NCBI GenBank assembly: GCA_965659315.1
Contig: CBFHVP010000003.1
Coordinates: forward strand, 1 to 58,312
Source: an uncultured Porticoccaceae bacterium
Lineage (GTDB): Bacteria; Pseudomonadota; Gammaproteobacteria; Pseudomonadales; Porticoccaceae
Length of the DNA: 58,312 nt
Direction of reading: 5' to 3'
Shown: positions 54,213 to 58,312 of the stretch, in pieces
Position numbering within the stretch: position 1 is the stretch's first letter
How the letters are laid out: each line of letters opens with the position of its first letter
Notes under the pieces: generated by a model
The model's input: only the letters and a program-made list of their open reading frames with translations
What the model was told of the DNA's origin: nothing
Database searches by the model: none
Program-made: the position numbers and the translations under genes

Positions 54213-55211
54213 GTGGATATGGTCGATACCGTAGATACAGTTGCAGTAGAGTCTCAAGACATTTTTGAAACCATGCATATTGGTTTCCTAATGATGCCAG
54301 AGTATACCCTGAGTACCTTTTCAAATGCAGTCTCGGTACTGCGTATGGCCAATCGATTAAGTGAGAAAGAACTGTATCGCTATTCAGTGTTTTCCCTCGA
54401 TGGCGAACCGGTTGTATCCAGTGCTGGACTTGAGTTGACGTTGGATGGCAGCCTAAGCTCCGTCGGAGACATGCAGGTATTGATTGTTTGCGGTGGCTAT
54501 AACGTCAAGGAATATTGTACTAAAGCGACTCTTGAAGCGCTCCGCGCTATGGCTAAGAAAAATATTCCCTTGGGTGGTATATGCACAGGCAGTTATGTGC
54601 TTGCAGCCGCCGGTCTATTGGATGGCTATCGCAGTACTATTCACTGGGAAAATATTGCGAGTATGCGTGAGCAATTTCCCAAATTAAATATCTCCTCGAG
54701 CCTCTTTGTTATTGATCGTGATCGCTACACCTGTTCTGGTGGCATCAGTTCAATTGATTTGATGCTCAACCTGGTCGCCAGTATTCACGGTCATCAGTTG
54801 GTACAACAGATTTCCGAGCAATTCACCTGTGATCGTGTGCGCACGGAGAAGGATCCCCAGCGCGCACCACTACAGTACTTGATGGGGTCTAGTCAGCCGA
54901 GACTCGTCGATGCAGTGACATTGATGGAGGCGAATATTGAAGAGCCGTTGAGTCTTGATGAGGTCGCTGAATATGTCGGAATTTCGAGACGTCAATTAGA
55001 GCGCCTGTTCAATCGCTATCTACACTGTGCGCCTTCACGTTACTACTTAGAGTTGCGTCTCTCACGAGCAAGATTACTTCTTTTGCAGACTTCCATTCCC
55101 GTGATTGATGTGGCGATTAGCTGTGGCTTCTCTACCGCACCCCACTTTAGCAAATGCTACAGCGATCTTTATGGCAAACCCCCGAGCAGTGAGCGACGGG
55201 CGTTGAGTTAG
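54213..55211 (+). CDS. GlxA-family (GATase1 + AraC) regulator, GbdR-like; start codon uncertain
   Basis: LRMANRLS, GGICTG, IHWEN, DRYTCSGG, LMEANIEEPL, SRRQLERLF and CGFSTAPHFSKCY. Confidence 0.85.
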   Translation: MDMVDTVDTVAVESQDIFETMHIGFLMMPEYTLSTFSNAVSVLRMANRLSEKELYRYSVFSLDGEPVVSSAGLELTLDGSLSSVGDMQVLIVCGGYNVKEYCTKATLEALRAMAKKNIPLGGICTGSYVLAAAGLLDGYRSTIHWENIASMREQFPKLNISSSLFVIDRDRYTCSGGISSIDLMLNLVASIHGHQLVQQISEQFTCDRVRTEKDPQRAPLQYLMGSSQPRLVDAVTLMEANIEEPLSLDEVAEYVGISRRQLERLFNRYLHCAPSRYYLELRLSRARLLLLQTSIPVIDVAISCGFSTAPHFSKCYSDLYGKPPSSERRALS

Positions 55212-56194
55212 CCCTGACGGTACTCAGTGGGTCTTTTGCCAAAGACAGTACGAAATGCCCGTGAAAAGTGGGCGGTGTCAGCGAAACCACATTCCTGAGC
55301 AATATCGGTAATTGACCGCGGCGTATTTTGCAGCAACCAGAGGCCATAGCTCAACCGAATTGCCCGGTAAAATTTTTGTAAGCTCTCTCCCGTATCATGC
55401 ACAAACAGGCGTTCGAGTTGTCGCTTTGATATATTCAGGCGGTTAGCAATTTCATCAGTTGATAGGGGGCGGCTAAGATTTTGCTCCATCAATAATAGAG
55501 CACGCACCACCAATTTATTTTTCACCTGATAATCTGAAGTGGGTGGTGGTTGTGGTGCATTTGCTGGTCGGGGACTGTCCATAACCAAAATGCGTAAACT
55601 TTTACGCGCCCAGCTCTGGCCTAAATGCCGCTCAATAATATACGCGGCTAAGTCTGCTGCCACGGCGCCACCAGCACAAGTGATGCGGTCACCATCATCA
55701 ACAAATAGTTGATCCGCTACAGGAATAACATCGGTAAAACGATCGGTCAGATCCTTGTGGTGAAACCAGCTGACGCAGCAGCGGCGATTTTGCATTAAGC
55801 CGGCTCTTATCATGGCAAAAGAACCGGTACACAAACCGATAATAGGGATATGTGTACGATCTGCGCGTTTTAGGTAATCAATGATGTGCTGATTGCCATG
55901 CAATGTCTCGGATAACAAACCACCGACGACGACGATATAGTCAAACTCAGCCGGGTCGCGGTAGGTCTCCCAAGGCTCAATGGCAACGCCGGAGCTGGAG
56001 GTTATCTTTCTCAGATCGGGTCCCATTACTGTCCAGCGACAATGAATTTGTTCACTGTGATCACCCTCGTCAGCGGCGAGGCGCAACGCATCAATAAAGG
56101 CGGAAAAAGGCAGTAGAGTAAAGCTCGGCATCAGCACAAAACCTACCGACAAACTGGGCGATAAGGAATATTTTTCTGCGACAGTAGGAGCCAT
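55208..56194 (-). CDS. Second GlxA-family AraC regulator, possibly SouR-like (ATG at 56194; track start 56248)
   Basis: FTLLPFSAFIDALRLAADEGD, GLCTG, TCAGG, SKRQLERLF and CGFADTAHFSRAF; divergent from soxB. Confidence 0.85.
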   Translation of the reverse strand: MAPTVAEKYSLSPSLSVGFVLMPSFTLLPFSAFIDALRLAADEGDHSEQIHCRWTVMGPDLRKITSSSGVAIEPWETYRDPAEFDYIVVVGGLLSETLHGNQHIIDYLKRADRTHIPIIGLCTGSFAMIRAGLMQNRRCCVSWFHHKDLTDRFTDVIPVADQLFVDDGDRITCAGGAVAADLAAYIIERHLGQSWARKSLRILVMDSPRPANAPQPPPTSDYQVKNKLVVRALLLMEQNLSRPLSTDEIANRLNISKRQLERLFVHDTGESLQKFYRAIRLSYGLWLLQNTPRSITDIAQECGFADTAHFSRAFRTVFGKRPTEYRQG

Positions 56195-56313
56195 GGCTTG
56201 ATTACTCAACAAAGCCAATATTGTAGAGTTGTCGACGCTTATATACAATAAATCGTGTTTAACCGTTGAATGTAAACGCCATTTTGGTTAATTTTTATCC
56301 GAATTAGCCATTA

Positions 56314-56346
56314 TTGTCGTTTTTAGCCCTGCTGTTGTCAGTTTTG
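56314..56346 (+). promoter_or_regulatory. Candidate AraC/GlxA-type operator upstream of soxB: direct repeat with 21-bp period
   Basis: TTGTCGTTTTT at 56314 and TTGTCAGTTTT at 56335; -10-like TACTGT at 56360. Confidence 0.5.
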
Positions 56347-56414
56347 TTCTATCCGCGATTACTGTTCAGTTGATCCAATAGGGCTTCATGTGATAATTGT
56401 TTTGAGTTGTGACA

Positions 56415-57665
56415 ATGAAGAGATACTCTGGCTTCAGTCTATTTAAAAATGCGCTGAGCTACCACGAAAATTGGCAAAAACTATGGCGTAGTCCGAAGCC
56501 CAAAACTGACTACGATGTGGTGGTTGTCGGAGGTGGTGGTCATGGATTGGCCACAGCCTATTATCTTGCTTCGGTACATGGTGTTACCAATGTTGCTGTT
56601 ATTGAAAAGGGTTATTTAGGGGGTGGTAACACAGCGCGAAATACCACCATTATTCGTTCCAACTACCTTTGGGACGAAGCGGCTCAGCTGTATGAGTTAT
56701 CGCTTAAGTTGTGGGAGGGATTAAGCCAAGAGCTCAACTACAATGTAATGTTCAGTCAGCGCGGGGTGTTAAATCTTGGTCACAACTTGCAAGATATGCG
56801 AGATATTGAACGACGGGTCAATGCCAATCGTCTCAATGGTATCGATGGCGAAGTTGTGTCCCCTGAACAAATTAAGCAAATAGCCCCACTGATTAATATT
56901 TCCAGCGACTGTCGTTACCCTATTTTGGGTGCGTCTTGGCAGCCTCGTGGCGGCACTGCTCGGCATGATGCAGTAGCTTGGGGGTACGCGCGGGGAGCTG
57001 ACGCTTTGGGTGTGGACCTTATTCAAGAGACTGAAGTGATCGGTATCCGTCGTAAAAATGGAACGGTGCTGGGTGTTGAAACCACGCAAGGTTTTATCGG
57101 TGCGCGCAAAGTTGCCTGTGTTACCGCCGGTAATTCTGGTGTCGTCGCCGCTATGGCGGGGTTGAGATTACCGGTTGAGTCGCGGCCCCTGCAGGCATTG
57201 GTCTCAGAGCCTGTTAAACCCTGTCTTGACACGGTGGTGATGTCTAATGCGGTGCATGGTTATATCAGTCAGTCTGATAAGGGCGATTTGGTTATCGGTG
57301 CCGGCGTTGATGGTTACAACGGCTACGGCCAGCGTGGCTCATTCCATATTATTGAACACACTCTGCAGGCCATTTGTGAGTTATTCCCAGCCTTTAGCCG
57401 AGTGCGCATGAATCGGCAGTGGGGTGGGGTAGTCGATACCTGCCCAGATGCTTGTCCGATTATCAGTAAAACATCGGTTAAGGGCTTGTATTTTAATTGC
57501 GGCTGGGGAACGGGAGGGTTTAAAGCAACGCCCGGCTCTGGGTATGTGTTTGCCGATACGGTGGCCAATGATCACCCCCATCCCTTGGCGGCCGCTTTTG
57601 ATATCGATCGATTCAATACCGGTGCGCTGATTGATGAACATGGCGCGGCGGGCGTTGCCCATTAA
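56415..57665 (+). CDS. soxB: Heterotetrameric sarcosine oxidase beta subunit (ATG at 56415; alternative GTG at 56409)
   Basis: [53 protein letters not shown] and [10 protein letters not shown]. Confidence 0.96.
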   Translation: MKRYSGFSLFKNALSYHENWQKLWRSPKPKTDYDVVVVGGGGHGLATAYYLASVHGVTNVAVIEKGYLGGGNTARNTTIIRSNYLWDEAAQLYELSLKLWEGLSQELNYNVMFSQRGVLNLGHNLQDMRDIERRVNANRLNGIDGEVVSPEQIKQIAPLINISSDCRYPILGASWQPRGGTARHDAVAWGYARGADALGVDLIQETEVIGIRRKNGTVLGVETTQGFIGARKVACVTAGNSGVVAAMAGLRLPVESRPLQALVSEPVKPCLDTVVMSNAVHGYISQSDKGDLVIGAGVDGYNGYGQRGSFHIIEHTLQAICELFPAFSRVRMNRQWGGVVDTCPDACPIISKTSVKGLYFNCGWGTGGFKATPGSGYVFADTVANDHPHPLAAAFDIDRFNTGALIDEHGAAGVAH

Positions 57666-57697
57666 TATGCTGACAATTTTATAGAGAACGGTTAATT

Positions 57698-57994
57698 ATG
57701 TTACAGATCTTCTGCCCTCATTGTCGCGAAAATCGTGAAGAGGAAGAGTTTAGCTACAGTGGCGAGGCGCATATTGTTCGGCCGCTGAATCCTGAAGCTC
57801 TCAGCGATAAAGAGTGGGGCGACTATTTATTTTTTCGTAAAAACCCACGTGGACTGCATCATGAAATGTGGTATCACGCTGAGGGCTGTGGGCGTTATTT
57901 TTATGCCACTCGCGATACCTTAAGTTATGAGATTTTAGAGACCTATGTTGTCGGTGAGAAACCACAGGTGACTGCAACGGAGGCAGAAAAATGA
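57698..57994 (+). CDS. soxD: Sarcosine oxidase delta subunit
   Basis: IFCPHC...EEEF..GEAHI.RP...W.DYLF.R.NPRG...WYHAEGC Zn-binding pattern. Confidence 0.95.
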   Translation: MLQIFCPHCRENREEEEFSYSGEAHIVRPLNPEALSDKEWGDYLFFRKNPRGLHHEMWYHAEGCGRYFYATRDTLSYEILETYVVGEKPQVTATEAEK

Positions 57995-58312
57995 AGCAAG
58001 TTAACCGATTGGCTTCTGGCTCTTGCACCGATAGTTCACAACTTATCAATTTTACATTTAATGGCAAAAAACTGCAGGGTGTGGCGGGCGATACACTTGC
58101 GTCTGCACTGTTAGCTAATGGCGTTAATGTGGTTGGTCGCAGCTTTAAGTATTCACGTCCGCGAGGCATTGTTGGTCATGGTGCGGAAGAACCAAACGCG
58201 ATTATGCAGATTGGTTCTGGCGCAGCCACGGTGCCCAATCTCAAGGCAACGCAGGTTGAGCTCTATGAAGGACTTGAGGCAGCTTCAGTTAATGGCTGGC
58301 CGAGTGTAAATT
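57991..58312 (+). CDS. soxA: Sarcosine oxidase alpha subunit (partial; runs off the window and is absent from the ORF track)
   Basis: Hand translation from the ATG at 57991 (ATGA overlap with soxD, GGAGG RBS): MKQVNRL...FTFNGK...GDTLASALLANG..VVGRSFKYSRPRGI...EEPNA...PNLKATQVELYEGL. Confidence 0.94.
   Translation, partial: MKQVNRLASGSCTDSSQLINFTFNGKKLQGVAGDTLASALLANGVNVVGRSFKYSRPRGIVGHGAEEPNAIMQIGSGAATVPNLKATQVELYEGLEAASVNGWPSVN

Noticed and set aside
58118-58309. 63-aa ORF at the window end
   Set aside because: It is an alternative frame inside the partial soxA gene that starts at 57991.
56415-58312. Sulfur-oxidation sox genes
   Set aside because: This is a name collision only; the sequences are sarcosine oxidase subunits.

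Overview
A gene-dense, mid-GC window from a gammaproteobacterium. The gene order is Pseudomonadales/Cellvibrionales-like; a marine lineage is plausible but is inference. There are three blocks. (1) 1-24317 is housekeeping: gltB (5'-truncated)-gltD-hemE, then psd-rhdA-rsgA, orn, queG and the nnr-tsaE-amiB-mutL-miaA-hfq-hflXKC-DUF2065-hisZ-purA superoperon. (2) 24826-39916 is a complete E. coli-type complex I operon (nuoA-N, fused nuoCD, long nuoG) with a stand-alone CBS gene at its end, followed by a plant-type glycerate kinase-like gene and rlmA. (3) 41901 to the end is a methylated-glycine / C1 catabolic cluster: fhs, divergent from dimethylglycine dehydrogenase, a non-pyrrolysine MttB/MtgB methyltransferase, corrinoid protein, DUF1638, a 'Virulence_fact'-like small protein, a MetV-like Cys-rich protein, MetF, a methyl-THF:corrinoid methyltransferase and a RamA/RACo activator; then two GlxA-type AraC regulators and soxB-soxD-soxA (partial). 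Block 3 is the most interesting. It looks like an acetogen-style, B12-dependent betaine demethylation and methyl-oxidation pathway in an apparently respiring gammaproteobacterium. All three predicted partners of the corrinoid protein carry poly-Arg terminal tails, while the corrinoid protein has a strongly acidic N-terminus, suggesting an electrostatic docking code. I found no tRNA, rRNA, CRISPR array, IS or prophage. All family calls rest on motifs recognised by eye; no searches were run.
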